DNA of 64,000 nt from Candidatus Bipolaricaulota bacterium (lineage in GTDB: Bacteria; Bipolaricaulota; Bipolaricaulia; UBA7950; UBA9294): positions 36,107-100,106 of the forward strand of contig JAUWGE010000002.1 in the NCBI GenBank assembly GCA_030606565.1, written 5' to 3'. Position 1 is the stretch's first letter. Each line of letters opens with the position of its first letter. Positions 38,214 through 48,884 of this stretch are shown piece by piece. The notes beneath the pieces were generated by a model, which saw only the letters and a list, made by a program, of their open reading frames with translations, was not told the origin of the DNA and searched no databases. A program made the position numbers and the translations under genes.

Positions 38214-40835
38214 TTGCAAAAGGGGGTTCTCATAAAGACCGACCAGCTTCGCAAGCTATATCTTGATTACTTTGCCGAGCGAGGGCATAAGGTCCTCCCG
38301 AGTGCTTCGTTGGTGCCCAAAGATCCAACGCTCTTGTTCACTTCAGCGGGGATGGTCCAGTTCAAAGATAGCTTTTGGGGACAGATCGATCCGCCTTCCC
38401 CTCGTGTGGTCACGTGTCAAAAGTGTTTTCGCACAACAGACATAGAAAATGTGGGAAAGACCGCGTTTCACCATACGTTTTTCGAGATGCTCGGAAACTT
38501 CTCTTTCGGAGACTACTTCAAGGAGGGGGCGATAAAACTTGCCTGGGAGTTTGTTGCCAGGGAACTGTCGATCCCTCATGAGCGGCTGTGGGTATCGGTA
38601 TACGAGGAGGATGAGGAGGCATACGCTATTTGGAGGGATGTCATCGGCCTACCGCCTGAGCGAATTGTCCGATTGGGAAAGGAACACAACTGGTGGGGGC
38701 CGGTGGGGAAGTCCGGACCGTGCGGACCGGATTCCGAGATCTTCTACGACGCCGGAGCTGACAAGGCGTGCGGACCAGGCTGCTCTGGTGTCTCTTGTGA
38801 GTGCGCTCGATTCTCTGAGATCTGGAACCTTGTGTTCATGCAGTATGAGGCAAAGGATGATGGAAGCTTCGTCCCACTTAAACGGAAGAACATCGACACT
38901 GGAATGGGCCTTGAACGAACCGCTGCCGTACTGCAGGGGGTGACAAGCGACTTTGAGATCGACTTGTTTAAACCAATTGTCGGAGCGATTAAAGAAGCAG
39001 TGCCAGGGTCGGCAACGGAAGGAACTATAGCCTATCGTAACCTCATTGCCGATCACATTCGTGGTGTGGTCTTCCTCATCGCTGACGGCGTGTTGCCAGA
39101 AAACGAAAAGCAAGGATACGTCCTTCGCCGCATCCTGCGACGGGCGATCAGAGCCGGGGAGCAACTCGAACTTCCCGCTGGAACCCTGAAGGACCTTGTC
39201 GATCCGGTCATCGACACCCTCGGTGACGTCTATCCGGAGATCGTCTCTGTTCACTCGCTCGCTGAGCGGATCATCGCTCGCGAGGAAGAGACCTTCCGCA
39301 AGACGCTTCGCAGTGGAGAGAACCGATTGCAGGGCATCTTGAAAGACCTACTCTCGGAAGGCCAGACAACACTTTCTGGAAAAGTCGCGTTCGAGCTCTA
39401 CGATACGTACGGCTTTCCTCTTGAAATGACCGAGGAGATTGCTGCAGAGCAGGGTTTGTCCACTGACCTTGGAGAATTTCATGATGCAATGAGTCAGCAA
39501 CAGGAGACGTCGAAGGAAGCCTCTGTACACATCAGCGCTTTACCGTCGGTCATTGCCACTGCAACCGTCATAAGGTCTTGGCACAGGGAATCGACTGAGT
39601 TCGTGGGATACGAGAAGCTTGAGGCAGAGGCCGAAGTAATCGGCGTTGAGAAGGAGACAGACCGTATTCATGTTGTCTTCTCGCGAACTCCATTCTATGC
39701 ACGGGCAGGCGGTCAAGTGGGTGACACAGGGACGGCTGAGAACCTTGCACGCCATGGGCAAGCTGTCATCTATGATACTGTCCGTCATGAAGCCGGGGCC
39801 ACGCTTCACTATGTTCAAATTACGAGTGGCCAGTTCAGGAAGGGTGACCGCTGTCAATTAACAGTTGATGCCAACCGCCGCAAGCAAATCCAGCGCAACC
39901 ATACCGCGACACACCTTCTTCACGCCGCCCTCCGCGAGGTGCTCGGCGAACATGTGGTCCAGGCTGGTTCTTACGTCTCCGATGACGAGCTGCGCTTTGA
40001 CTTCTCCCATTTCGAGAAGGTCACGCCTGAGGAACTCGCGCGCGTCGAAGACCTCGCCAATACCGTCGTTATGAAGGACCTACCGGTCAAAACCGAAAAG
40101 ATGTCACTTGAAGCGGCGAAAGCATCGGGGGCGGCCGCCCACTTCGACGAGGAGTACAAGGGGAAGGATCTCGTCCGCGTTGTCTCGGTCGGTGACTTCA
40201 GCCGCGAGTTATGCGGTGGGACTCACGTGATGCGAAGCGGGGAGATCGGCCTGATCAAGGTCATCTCCGAGGAGAGCATCGCTGCAGGAACGCGAAGGAT
40301 CCGCGCCGTCACCGGTGATGGAGCGCTTGCTCAATTCCGCTCTCAGGAGGATCTCCTCGGGCAGCTAAAAACTGAGTTAGGTGAGGAGCCGCTTGCGGGG
40401 CTAGCGCACCTGCAAGATGAGATCGCTACCTTACGCGAAAGCTCGAAGCAAATGACCGAGGAGACCCTTAAAAGAAAGCGCGATGAGATCCTCGCTCATG
40501 GGGAGAAACACGGTAAAGTGACCCTCCTCTCCGGTCGGTTAGACATGAGTCCCGAGGAGATCAAGCGCCTCGCCGATCTGCTCGAAGAGAAATCGCGTCC
40601 GGCGGTCGTCCTTCTAGTTGGAAATGCCGATGATCGTGGGATTGCGGTCTGCAAGGTGAGCAAGGGCCTTGGTGCTGTGGATGCGAGCGCACTTCTCCAC
40701 ACAATGACCGTGTCCCTCGGCGGCGGTGGAGGGGGAAACCGTTCTTTCGCGCAAGGGGGCGGATCCCAGGTTTCCAAGCTCGACGAGGCACTTACAAGCG
40801 GCGTCACAGCCGCCCGTGCCGCGCTTGCCAGCTAG
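38214..40835 (+). CDS. alaS: alanine--tRNA ligase
   Basis: 873 aa (TTG start in the ORF track). Class II core LLFTSAGMVQFKD, editing domain HTATHLLH, and C-terminal DHHA1-like domain. Confidence 0.92.
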   Translation: MQKGVLIKTDQLRKLYLDYFAERGHKVLPSASLVPKDPTLLFTSAGMVQFKDSFWGQIDPPSPRVVTCQKCFRTTDIENVGKTAFHHTFFEMLGNFSFGDYFKEGAIKLAWEFVARELSIPHERLWVSVYEEDEEAYAIWRDVIGLPPERIVRLGKEHNWWGPVGKSGPCGPDSEIFYDAGADKACGPGCSGVSCECARFSEIWNLVFMQYEAKDDGSFVPLKRKNIDTGMGLERTAAVLQGVTSDFEIDLFKPIVGAIKEAVPGSATEGTIAYRNLIADHIRGVVFLIADGVLPENEKQGYVLRRILRRAIRAGEQLELPAGTLKDLVDPVIDTLGDVYPEIVSVHSLAERIIAREEETFRKTLRSGENRLQGILKDLLSEGQTTLSGKVAFELYDTYGFPLEMTEEIAAEQGLSTDLGEFHDAMSQQQETSKEASVHISALPSVIATATVIRSWHRESTEFVGYEKLEAEAEVIGVEKETDRIHVVFSRTPFYARAGGQVGDTGTAENLARHGQAVIYDTVRHEAGATLHYVQITSGQFRKGDRCQLTVDANRRKQIQRNHTATHLLHAALREVLGEHVVQAGSYVSDDELRFDFSHFEKVTPEELARVEDLANTVVMKDLPVKTEKMSLEAAKASGAAAHFDEEYKGKDLVRVVSVGDFSRELCGGTHVMRSGEIGLIKVISEESIAAGTRRIRAVTGDGALAQFRSQEDLLGQLKTELGEEPLAGLAHLQDEIATLRESSKQMTEETLKRKRDEILAHGEKHGKVTLLSGRLDMSPEEIKRLADLLEEKSRPAVVLLVGNADDRGIAVCKVSKGLGAVDASALLHTMTVSLGGGGGGNRSFAQGGGSQVSKLDEALTSGVTAARAALAS

Positions 40836-41983
40836 CTACCGAGGCGAACCGGCATGCAGACGTAGAGGAATCCCTCGTCTTCTGGAGCAATCTTCTCCCC
40901 TGAGGGCTCGATCAGGCCCGCCTTCTCCGAGGAGGAGAGCCAAAGCACGGTCTCCTCGGAGTGCATCCGCTTGAGTGCATCGATCAGGTATTCGGCCTTA
41001 AACGAGACCTCGATTTCCCCTTGAGGGACCTTCTTTAAGCGCACGCGCTCCTCAGCCTCTCCTTTCACCTTGTCGGCAGAGTTGATCCGGGCAGCGCTCT
41101 CCTCATTTGCGACACGGAGGGTCACCGCTCCCGATTCCTCTGCCGCAGTGATCTCGATCCGCTGCATCGTCTCCAGGAAGGCGCGGCGGTCGAAGACGAG
41201 GGAGATCGGGTTCTCCTTGGGAATCACTCGCTCGAAGTCAGGGAACTCCTCAGCGATCGTCCTTGCCATGAACGTCACTCCATCTGACTGGAAGAAGAGC
41301 TGTCCCTCCCCCTTGTACAGATCGACCGTCTCCCCTTCTACCTGGGATAGGACCCGATCCAGGTCAGTAAGGACGCTGGCGTCGATGAGGTATTCTCCCT
41401 CCTCGAAAACCTCATCCACCCCTACCATCTTCATCGCGAGGCGGTAGCCGTTGGTGGCGACCATCTTCAGCGAGGCACTTTTAAGGACAATATCTACACC
41501 GGTGAGACTAAGACGGGTCGTCTCCGCCGCTTTAAGCGTGGCGAAGGCCGTCTGGTCGAGCCCCTGGTGGAAGCTCTTGACCTTGAGTGAGGCGATTTTG
41601 GTCTGCGGGAGTGAGGGAACCTCGGGGTAGTCCTCCACAGGGAGTGTCGGAAGGTCGAACGACGCTTCCCCGCATCGTAGCTTGACAACTGTTCCATTCT
41701 CGGCATCGGTCTTCAACGTGATTCGCTCGTCCTCTGGGAGGTGAGCCGCGATCTGTGAGAGGACAGCTCCATTCAGCACCACTGCCTCATCGCCAGCTTG
41801 GTTGTCGATCGGAATCTCGCAGCGTACCGCCCGCTCGAGGTCGGTCGCGTAAAGGCGCAACCGATCCCCCTCGATTTCCATCTTCAAGCCCGAGAGAATC
41901 GGCATGCTACTACGAGTCCCCAAGGCATAGCTTGAGAGCTTTACCCCGAACACCAAGTCATTCTTCACACATACAAAGTCCAT
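40832..41983 (-). CDS. dnaN: DNA polymerase III beta subunit (sliding clamp)
   Basis: 383 aa with three-domain clamp architecture, starting MDFVCVKNDLVFGVKLSSYALGTRSSMPILSGLKMEIEG. Confidence 0.88.
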   Translation of the reverse strand: MDFVCVKNDLVFGVKLSSYALGTRSSMPILSGLKMEIEGDRLRLYATDLERAVRCEIPIDNQAGDEAVVLNGAVLSQIAAHLPEDERITLKTDAENGTVVKLRCGEASFDLPTLPVEDYPEVPSLPQTKIASLKVKSFHQGLDQTAFATLKAAETTRLSLTGVDIVLKSASLKMVATNGYRLAMKMVGVDEVFEEGEYLIDASVLTDLDRVLSQVEGETVDLYKGEGQLFFQSDGVTFMARTIAEEFPDFERVIPKENPISLVFDRRAFLETMQRIEITAAEESGAVTLRVANEESAARINSADKVKGEAEERVRLKKVPQGEIEVSFKAEYLIDALKRMHSEETVLWLSSSEKAGLIEPSGEKIAPEDEGFLYVCMPVRLGS

Positions 41984-42050
41984 TTGGTCACCCCTTGCTC
42001 TCGATTCTTACCCGCTTCATGATACCCGATTGGTTAGGCCCTCGGCAAAA

Positions 42051-42824
42051 CTAGAGTCCGAGATGCTCTGCCACCTTCTCTGCTATTCGTTCAATGGGGA
42101 GCCTTCCGTCGATGACATAGAAGTGGGAGTTTCTGGCAGCAGCCCTAAGGTACCCCTCCCGAACGCGTGTAAGAAAATGGCCATTGAGACTTACCTTCTC
42201 GTCATCGGGTGTCTCGGGATAAGAGGGGGCAACGGACTCAGAGAAACTGAACTTCACTAGTTCAGCAAACAGTGGGAGATTCGCACGCACTCCATACGCT
42301 TTCAGATAGCCTTGTCGAACTTCTTGGTAGAAAACTCGGTCCTCTTGCTCGATTCGATCAACAACTTCCGGTTTGCGTTCCATAAGCTCCTCAACGGACA
42401 GATCTATGAGAAACGTCACATCAGCACGCTTACCTTCCGTAACTTGATCGTTTAGCTGTTCGATCAGGTCGAGGCTGATTTCCCTACCATACCCTTGATA
42501 CATTACGCTGGAGTCTCGAAAGCGGCTGGAGAGAACTACGTCGCCGCGTTCAAGAGCTGGCCGCACTATTTCCCTCCAAAGCTGGGCTCTGCAAATCATG
42601 AAAAGCAGGAGTTCAGAAAGAGGAAGCAGGCGGGTATTCCTATCCGAGAGGATCACCTTGCGTATTAGCTCTCCAATGGCCGTCCCGCCAGGTTCACGGG
42701 TAATCGTAACGTTATATCCAAGATCGCGGAGCCTTCGGCCCAGGATGCGAACTTGAGTTGACTTGCCAGTGAAGTCAAGCCCCTCGAAGACGACCAACTT
42801 ACCCCGAAGCTCGATCCTTCTCAC
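42051..42824 (-). CDS. tmk: thymidylate kinase with C-terminal extension
   Basis: P-loop FEGLDFTGKST, TITREPGGT and LSDR motifs. 257 aa, so about 50 aa longer than typical Tmk. Confidence 0.8.
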   Translation of the reverse strand: MRRIELRGKLVVFEGLDFTGKSTQVRILGRRLRDLGYNVTITREPGGTAIGELIRKVILSDRNTRLLPLSELLLFMICRAQLWREIVRPALERGDVVLSSRFRDSSVMYQGYGREISLDLIEQLNDQVTEGKRADVTFLIDLSVEELMERKPEVVDRIEQEDRVFYQEVRQGYLKAYGVRANLPLFAELVKFSFSESVAPSYPETPDDEKVSLNGHFLTRVREGYLRAAARNSHFYVIDGRLPIERIAEKVAEHLGL

Positions 42825-43260
42825 CTCCGAGGAACGTACGAATGAGGATCAGCCCCACCCCCACAGTGACACAGGCATCTGCCAGGTTGAAGACGGGAAA
42901 GCCGCGGACCTCAAAAAAGTCAAGCACGTATCCAAAGTATAGCCGATCGATTAGGTTTCCGATTGCCCCTCCGAGAACTAAAGCCAGACCTATCTTTAGA
43001 AGAGGGCCTCGTAGGTTGACAGCGAGCAGTAGAATAAGCAGTCCCACCGCCACGATCGATGAGACAGCGAGAAACAGGTCACCGTTTTCATGGAAGATCC
43101 CAAATGCACCGCCGGCGTTATGCACCCGCGTCAGCCGGATCGCCTGACCCAACAGAGGGCGTGGCTGTGAAAGAGCTAGAGAACTCACTACCCACCCTTT
43201 GAGAAGGCGGTCAAGGCCAACAACAAGGCCGGCGATAAGGAGATAGGGAAACCTGCTCAT
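42799..43260 (-). CDS. lspA: lipoprotein signal peptidase (signal peptidase II)
   Basis: 153 aa, four TMs, conserved FNLADACVTVGVGLIL region. Confidence 0.8.
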   Translation of the reverse strand: MSRFPYLLIAGLVVGLDRLLKGWVVSSLALSQPRPLLGQAIRLTRVHNAGGAFGIFHENGDLFLAVSSIVAVGLLILLLAVNLRGPLLKIGLALVLGGAIGNLIDRLYFGYVLDFFEVRGFPVFNLADACVTVGVGLILIRTFLGGEKDRASG

Positions 43261-43364
43261 AACACTACAGCCTATCAGTGAGCGTATGTGCCGTCAAGAT
43301 GAAACGATCGACCGGCGCAGCATCTTTTAGACCAAATAACTCTCTCTTTGGAAGAAAGGCATAG

Positions 43365-43437
43365 TGGTCCCGAGGGGATTCGAACCCCTGTCGCCGGGAT
43401 GAGAGCCCGATATCCTAGGCCACTAGACGACGGGACC
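43365..43437 (-). tRNA. tRNA-Glu (anticodon CUC)
   Basis: Reverse complement reads GGTCCCGTCGTCTAGTGGCCTAGGATATCGGGCTCTCATCCCGG...GGGGTTCGAATCCCCTCGGGACCA. Confidence 0.8.
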
Positions 43438-43509
43438 GATTGCTAACACCAAATTATGCTGAAATGCGGCTTCCACCATCAAGGAAGATTGGCACATAGG
43501 GTAACTGGA

Positions 43510-43791
43510 CTACGAAGCCGCTTCTTGCTCTGACGCTGCTTCCTTAGAACGCTTCACGATCAGTGGTTCGGCCTCCTTGAGAGCTGCCATCAGCTCCGCG
43601 TACAATTCGACTGGGATAGCAATCCCCTTCCGGGTCGGCCTCCACTCACCCTCCTCGGCCTCGTAGAAGTTGCGGATGTCAAGGTAGTCACGCTCACGGA
43701 ATCGGGAAAGACGAACGTGAATCTGTCCCCCTACTCCTTTATCAATAACTTTCACCAACTTCTCATCGCTGCCCTGAACATCATCGGCCAT
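43510..43791 (-). CDS. PC4/YdbC-like ssDNA-binding transcriptional coactivator family protein
   Basis: QIHVRLSRFRERDYLDIRNFYEAEEGEWRPTRKGIAIPVELYAELMAAL matches the PC4-fold signature (Y.DIR.F...G...PT.KGI). The ORF runs to 43860; M at 43791 is preferred. Confidence 0.65.
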   Translation of the reverse strand: MADDVQGSDEKLVKVIDKGVGGQIHVRLSRFRERDYLDIRNFYEAEEGEWRPTRKGIAIPVELYAELMAALKEAEPLIVKRSKEAASEQEAAS

Positions 43792-43872
43792 AGTCCCTCC
43801 TTCAACCTGTGTGTGCCCTCTCATAACAGGTAATACAGCATTATACACTAAGCGGAGCATGGGGTGAAAAAA

Positions 43873-43946
43873 TGGGCCTGCCTGGACTCGAACCAGGGAC
43901 CTCCCGCTTATCAGGCGAGCGCTCTAACCAACTGAGCTACAGACCC
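43873..43946 (-). tRNA. tRNA-Ile (anticodon GAU)
   Basis: Reverse complement reads GGGTCTGTAGCTCAGTTGGTTAGAGCGCTCGCCTGATAAGCGGGAGGTCCCTGGTTCGAGTCCAGGCAGGCCCA. Confidence 0.85.
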
Positions 43947-44026
43947 TAGAACCACGATTATGGTAGCAACGGGGCGAGCGCTTGTCAAGGAACAATTCGC
44001 CCAAAATCAAGACTTAAAGGGATGTT

Positions 44027-45091
44027 TTAAACCACGATCTCTTCCGCAGCTGCCGCGTGGAGCTTATCGACCAACAGATCGAGGTCCCCCTCAAGGATCC
44101 CTGCAAGGTCATAGAGGCTTATCTTAATCCGGTGATCGGTCACCCGGTTCTGCGGGAAGTTGTAGGTACGAACCTTCTCACTGCGATCGCCAGAGCCAAT
44201 CTGTTTGCGTCGCGTCGCTGTAAGTTGCGCCTCCTGTTCCTTCTCGTAGCGATCCTTCAACCGAGCGCGCAGGACACGCAGCGCCTGGGCCTTGTTCTTG
44301 TGCTGCGACTTTTCATCCTGGCATCTCACCACGAGCCCTGTGGGGAGGTGGGTGATCCGCACCGCGGAATCGGTCGTGTTCACACTCTGACCCCCTGGAC
44401 CGGTGGAACGGAAGGTATCGATCTTTAAATCCTTGGGGTCGATAGTGACCTCTACTTCTTCAGCCTCGGGGAGGACGACGACCGTTGCGGTCGAAGTGTG
44501 GATGCGGCCCGAGGACTCTGTCGCGGGGACGCGCTGCACTCGATGCACGCCGGACTCGTAGCGGAACCGGCCGTAGGCGCCCTCCCCCTCAACGGCGAAC
44601 ACAATCTGCTTGAACCCACCAAGGGGGGTAGGGTGACTATCGAGTAAAGAGACCTTAAAGTGCTTTGCTTCAGCGTAGCGGCCGTACATGCGAAATATGT
44701 CGGCAGCAAACAGGCTCGATTCATCGCCTCCGGTTCCGGCGCGGATCTCCACGATTGCACTCTTGCGGTCATTGGGATCTAGCGGGATAAGGAGACGGAG
44801 AAACTCTTCCTCCACCTGTTCCAACCGGTGACGGTCCTTCTCCAACGCCTCTTCGATCTGACCTCGCAGCTCCTCCTCACTCTCCCACAGCTCCTCTTCT
44901 TCGGCGATGGAAGATGTGAGCCTTTCCCACTCCTCTCCCAGGTGAATGACCTCGCGCAGGCGGGCATAGCGTTGGGCCAAGTCGCGGTAGGAGGGAGCGG
45001 CGATTACCTTATGGTCGCTCAGTTGCTCCTCGAGAGCGGCGTACTCTTCTCGTGCTCTTGAAAGTCGTTCGCTTAATCCCGTTATTGCCAT
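44027..45091 (-). CDS. prfA: peptide chain release factor 1
   Basis: 354 aa with GGQ motif ([24 protein letters not shown]) and the RF1-type PxT tripeptide ([13 protein letters not shown]). Confidence 0.88.
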   Translation of the reverse strand: MAITGLSERLSRAREEYAALEEQLSDHKVIAAPSYRDLAQRYARLREVIHLGEEWERLTSSIAEEEELWESEEELRGQIEEALEKDRHRLEQVEEEFLRLLIPLDPNDRKSAIVEIRAGTGGDESSLFAADIFRMYGRYAEAKHFKVSLLDSHPTPLGGFKQIVFAVEGEGAYGRFRYESGVHRVQRVPATESSGRIHTSTATVVVLPEAEEVEVTIDPKDLKIDTFRSTGPGGQSVNTTDSAVRITHLPTGLVVRCQDEKSQHKNKAQALRVLRARLKDRYEKEQEAQLTATRRKQIGSGDRSEKVRTYNFPQNRVTDHRIKISLYDLAGILEGDLDLLVDKLHAAAAEEIVV

Positions 45092-45125
45092 TCCAAGCTA
45101 AACCTACGGGATGCGCAGGAGGAAT

Positions 45126-45392
45126 TCAACTTGAAGGAGAAGGAAAATGCCCTTTAAGGAAACGATTCTCGTCGAGGAGCAGGGCTACCTGTGCGTCCTT
45201 TTCGGCAAGGCGCGCCCGCAGCTCAGTGATGACGCCGTCCCTCTCAAGGGCGTCTTGGGTAGCACAGGCATTGATGACCTGCCGCAGGTACTTCACCTCT
45301 TCAGCAAGAACCCGCTCAAGGTCACAGGCGAAATCGATCTCATCGAGTGAGACCCGAGAAAGGAGCTTATCCATGAACTCGTGCATCTCCAT
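45126..45392 (-). CDS. hypothetical small protein
   Basis: 88 aa ORF upstream of prfA on the same strand. Helical/charged composition. No family recognised. Confidence 0.4.
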   Translation of the reverse strand: MEMHEFMDKLLSRVSLDEIDFACDLERVLAEEVKYLRQVINACATQDALERDGVITELRARLAEKDAQVALLLDENRFLKGHFPSPSS

Positions 45393-46029
45393 GGCTCTTA
45401 TTCTCTTTAAAAGATCGCCCCAGAGAGGGGACAGATGACCCTGACGGTCAAGAACTTTCCTCCTTCTAGCAAGGGAAATTCTCTTAAATATCCCCTTTAC
45501 TTCTGTTGAATCTGTTTTCGGTGGGATGAGGCGCCGGCTCGGGGTTTAAACGAGAATACTCTTTAATGCAAGCGCACGTGTTTAGCGGCTTTGGTCCCTG
45601 AATCGCGCGGCCAGACCATCAACTAAAAAGCAAAGATTAACTCGCAAGCTTTACCCTGCAGGCTTGAGGCTCGCCACTAGCAGCGTTATTTGCCATTATG
45701 ACCGTTGTCTCTTGTCAGTAAGGAACGTCGCACACAAGGTACGACGCTACAAAAACGGATGTACGTCGGAGTTTATCGCCGACGTTGAGGGATTTATTCT
45801 TACGAGAACTCATGCAGCCAGTACGAACAACAGGCAAATTCGCCTTAGACGAATCTCCGCTTTCCTCACCTTAAGCTCGCTTAAGGGTATAAAGCAGAGG
45901 ATTTTTATGAGAAGAGAAAAACCAGGGAACGGTGGCCTTTGCTCCTTTTAGAGAGTCAGGGAAAGCCGATCGTGGCCATCCCACACCTTCATTTTCCTTA
46001 AAGATAGATAAGGCTTTGGATCGAGCTTT

Positions 46030-46851
46030 TTAAAAAAGTATCCCGATTTCCGCCTCTTCTTTCGCCTCACTGAACCATGCCTCCCAGGTATCAGCTTCGA
46101 TCTTTGGCAGAAGCTTCTCACGAATCTGATCTTCTACCTCGACAAGCGGAGGGATGGATTCATCTTCGGAAGCAAATTCATCCCCGTGCTCTTCGTAATA
46201 AGCAGCTATCTCCTCATCGCTCACTGTGGCGTCCTGGACGATCTTATCATGGAGCCCTTGAACCAAAAGTTGCTCGCGGAAGGAGGTCCTCAATCGTTCC
46301 TTGTACTCATCCAAACTCGACCCCTTCTGTTTCAAGATTCCGTCGATGTCCTCGAGCGTCAGTTGGTTCTGCTCCATGATCTGATCGAGCTGTCCCTCAA
46401 CCCGCTCCTCGACTGTTGCCTCGTCCACCTCAATCGTTTCTTCAATCGCCTTCTGAACCAACAGACGACTATCTATCATCTGATGAAGCACATCGAGTTG
46501 ATAGACACGTAAGAAGGCTTCTCCTTCAGGGGTGGAGAGAAGGACCTGCCCAAAATGTAAAAATTGCGTAAAAAGCACCTGAAATATGCTGTTTAGGCCC
46601 GCGGCTGCCGCCAATTCGTCTTTGGTGACAATCTCACCGTTTACTAGAGCAGCGATTGTCTCTGATCCTGTCTGTGTTTCATCCTGAGCGGATGTACTCT
46701 GCGCGATAGCAATCGATGAGACTGAGACGAGGAAAAAACCTGCCAATAGAAAGATAAGCGCCTGTTTCAAGTTAAGCCCCCCTCTTGAGTTTCGAGTATG
46801 AAGATCTTTCCTCATCCTGACTGTCTTTTCAAGAAGGCCGGTTTGCTTCAT
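46030..46851 (-). CDS. SurA N-terminal domain-like periplasmic chaperone (no PPIase domain)
   Basis: Signal anchor [20 protein letters not shown], then a region resembling the SurA/PpiD N-terminal chaperone domain ([18 protein letters not shown]...[13 protein letters not shown]). Confidence 0.6.
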   Translation of the reverse strand: MKQTGLLEKTVRMRKDLHTRNSRGGLNLKQALIFLLAGFFLVSVSSIAIAQSTSAQDETQTGSETIAALVNGEIVTKDELAAAAGLNSIFQVLFTQFLHFGQVLLSTPEGEAFLRVYQLDVLHQMIDSRLLVQKAIEETIEVDEATVEERVEGQLDQIMEQNQLTLEDIDGILKQKGSSLDEYKERLRTSFREQLLVQGLHDKIVQDATVSDEEIAAYYEEHGDEFASEDESIPPLVEVEDQIREKLLPKIEADTWEAWFSEAKEEAEIGILF

Positions 46852-46889
46852 TGATCCTCCTCCGCGGAATTGCTACCATGTACGATAGG

Positions 46890-48884
46890 ATGAGTATGCC
46901 AAGAGTCGGAGAAAAAGCAGGATTTCAAATTTCTAAACGCTTAATTCCACGGGGGGACCAGCCGCGGGCGATCGCACAGCTCACCGAAGGCCTCCTCTCT
47001 GAAATGAAGTTTCAGACGCTCCTCGGGGCGACAGGTACCGGAAAGACGTTCACTATCGCCCACATTATCCAGGCCGTGCAGCGGCCAACGCTGGTGATCG
47101 CCCACAACAAGACCCTTGTCGCGCAGCTTTGCAACGAGTTCCACGAGCTCTTCCCGGACAACGCGGTTCACTACTTTGTCTCCTACTACGACTACTACCA
47201 ACCAGAGGCCTACCTTCCGCAGACCGACACCTACATCGAGAAGGACTCCTCGATCAACGACGAGATTGACCGCCTCCGACACGCCGCCACCTGCGCCCTG
47301 TTCGAACGTCGTGATGTGATCATCGTCGCTTCGGTCTCCTGTATTTACGGCCTTGGCTCGCCGGAGAACTACCACGACATGTCGATCAGCCTCACCTTGG
47401 ACGATGAAAAGGATCGCGACGAGGTGATGCGCGACCTTGTCACCTTGCAATATACCCGCAACGAAATCGGATTTGAGCGGGGGACCTTCCGTGCTAAAGG
47501 GGACACACTGGAGATCATCCCCGCCTATCAGGAGAACGTGGTGCGCCTCGAGTTCTTCGGTGATGAGATCGAGCGGATCGCGATCCTCGATCCGATCACC
47601 GGCCATACACTCCGGGAAGAGGAGGAAGCGACGATCTACCCCGCCTCACACTTCATCACCCCGCGCGAGCGGACGCGGCGTGCTATCGAGTCGATCGAGG
47701 AGGAATTAGAGGAGCGCTTGGCGCAGTTGCGGGGGGAGGAGAAGCTCCTCGAGGCACAAAGGCTCGAACAGCGAACGCGCTACGACCTGGAGATGATGCA
47801 GGAGATGGGTTACTGCTCGGGAATCGAGAACTACTCACGTCACCTCGACGGCCGGGCAGCCGGGCAGCCTCCGTCGGTCCTCCTCGACTACTTTCCCGAG
47901 GACTTCCTGATGGTGATCGATGAGTCGCACCAGACCGTACCTCAGGTCCGTGGAATGTACCACGGGGACCGCTCGCGCAAGGAAACGTTGGTCGAGTATG
48001 GGTTCCGTCTGCCCTCTGCGCTTGACAACCGGCCGCTCATGTTCCCGGAGTTCGAAGAGCGCCTGAACCAGGCGATCTTCACCTCAGCGACGCCGGGCCC
48101 GTATGAAGAGCGGCACAGCCAACAAGTGGTGGAGCAGATCATCCGACCGACCGGTCTCGTCGATCCAGAAGTAGTGGTCCAACCGGTCACCGGCCAGGTC
48201 GATCACCTGCTTGAAGAGATCCGCGCCGTGATCGAGCGAAGCGAGCGGGTGTTGGTCACCACCCTTACCAAGCGCATGGCCGAGGATCTCACCGAGTACC
48301 TGGTCGATTTGGGGATCAAAGCGCGGTACCTTCACTCCGAGATCGACACCCTTGATCGGGTCGAGATCCTGCGCGACCTGCGGCTGGGAAAGTTCGATGT
48401 GCTGGTGGGGATCAACCTACTGCGAGAGGGGCTGGACCTTCCCGAGGTGTCGCTGGTAGCGATCCTCGACGCAGACAAGGAGGGGTTCCTCCGCTCGGGA
48501 ACCTCCCTCATCCAAACGATCGGCAGAGCGGCGCGGAATGTGCGCGGAAAGGTCCTCCTGTATGCCGACACTATCACTGACTCCATCCACCACGCTGTCG
48601 ATGAGACGAACCGGCGCCGCGCCGTGCAGACCGCGCACAATAGGAAACACGGGATAACTCCAAAGACGATCGAGCGCGCAGTCACCGACATCGTGCAGTC
48701 GATGCGTGCCCCGCAACAGGTAACCCACCCGCCGCTAAAAGAGATCGAAGGCCTTTCGCCAGAAAAGATCATCACTACGATTAAACAACTCGAGAAGGAG
48801 ATGTTGCAGGCGGCCGAGCGGCTGGAGTTTGAGCTTGCCGCGGCGCTGCGCGATGAGATAAGAACGCTTAAAAAGAAACTATGA
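46890..48884 (+). CDS. uvrB: excinuclease ABC subunit B
   Basis: Begins ...[18 protein letters not shown] (UvrB N-terminus), Walker [10 protein letters not shown], beta-hairpin, helicase motifs, and C-terminal UVR domain [10 protein letters not shown]. The ORF runs from a TTG at 46851; ATG at 46890 is preferred. Confidence 0.9.
   Translation: MSMPRVGEKAGFQISKRLIPRGDQPRAIAQLTEGLLSEMKFQTLLGATGTGKTFTIAHIIQAVQRPTLVIAHNKTLVAQLCNEFHELFPDNAVHYFVSYYDYYQPEAYLPQTDTYIEKDSSINDEIDRLRHAATCALFERRDVIIVASVSCIYGLGSPENYHDMSISLTLDDEKDRDEVMRDLVTLQYTRNEIGFERGTFRAKGDTLEIIPAYQENVVRLEFFGDEIERIAILDPITGHTLREEEEATIYPASHFITPRERTRRAIESIEEELEERLAQLRGEEKLLEAQRLEQRTRYDLEMMQEMGYCSGIENYSRHLDGRAAGQPPSVLLDYFPEDFLMVIDESHQTVPQVRGMYHGDRSRKETLVEYGFRLPSALDNRPLMFPEFEERLNQAIFTSATPGPYEERHSQQVVEQIIRPTGLVDPEVVVQPVTGQVDHLLEEIRAVIERSERVLVTTLTKRMAEDLTEYLVDLGIKARYLHSEIDTLDRVEILRDLRLGKFDVLVGINLLREGLDLPEVSLVAILDADKEGFLRSGTSLIQTIGRAARNVRGKVLLYADTITDSIHHAVDETNRRRAVQTAHNRKHGITPKTIERAVTDIVQSMRAPQQVTHPPLKEIEGLSPEKIITTIKQLEKEMLQAAERLEFELAAALRDEIRTLKKKL

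Noticed and set aside
45440-46029. tmRNA or RNase P RNA in the long intergenic gap
   Set aside because: A tag-like reading frame (…ANNAASGEPQACRVKLAS) and a GGGAAAGCCG segment were noticed. But there is no GGTTCGA-type T-arm and acceptor pairing for tmRNA, and no GGAAAGTCCGGGC / ACAGAACCCGGCTTA P4 pair for RNase P.
46941-47606. Antisense ORFs inside uvrB/uvrA and other core genes (e.g. 46941..47606, 50249..51298, 14115..14645, 9897..10160)
   Set aside because: These are long open frames opposite strongly supported genes, which are common in GC-rich DNA. They have no RBS and no recognisable protein features.
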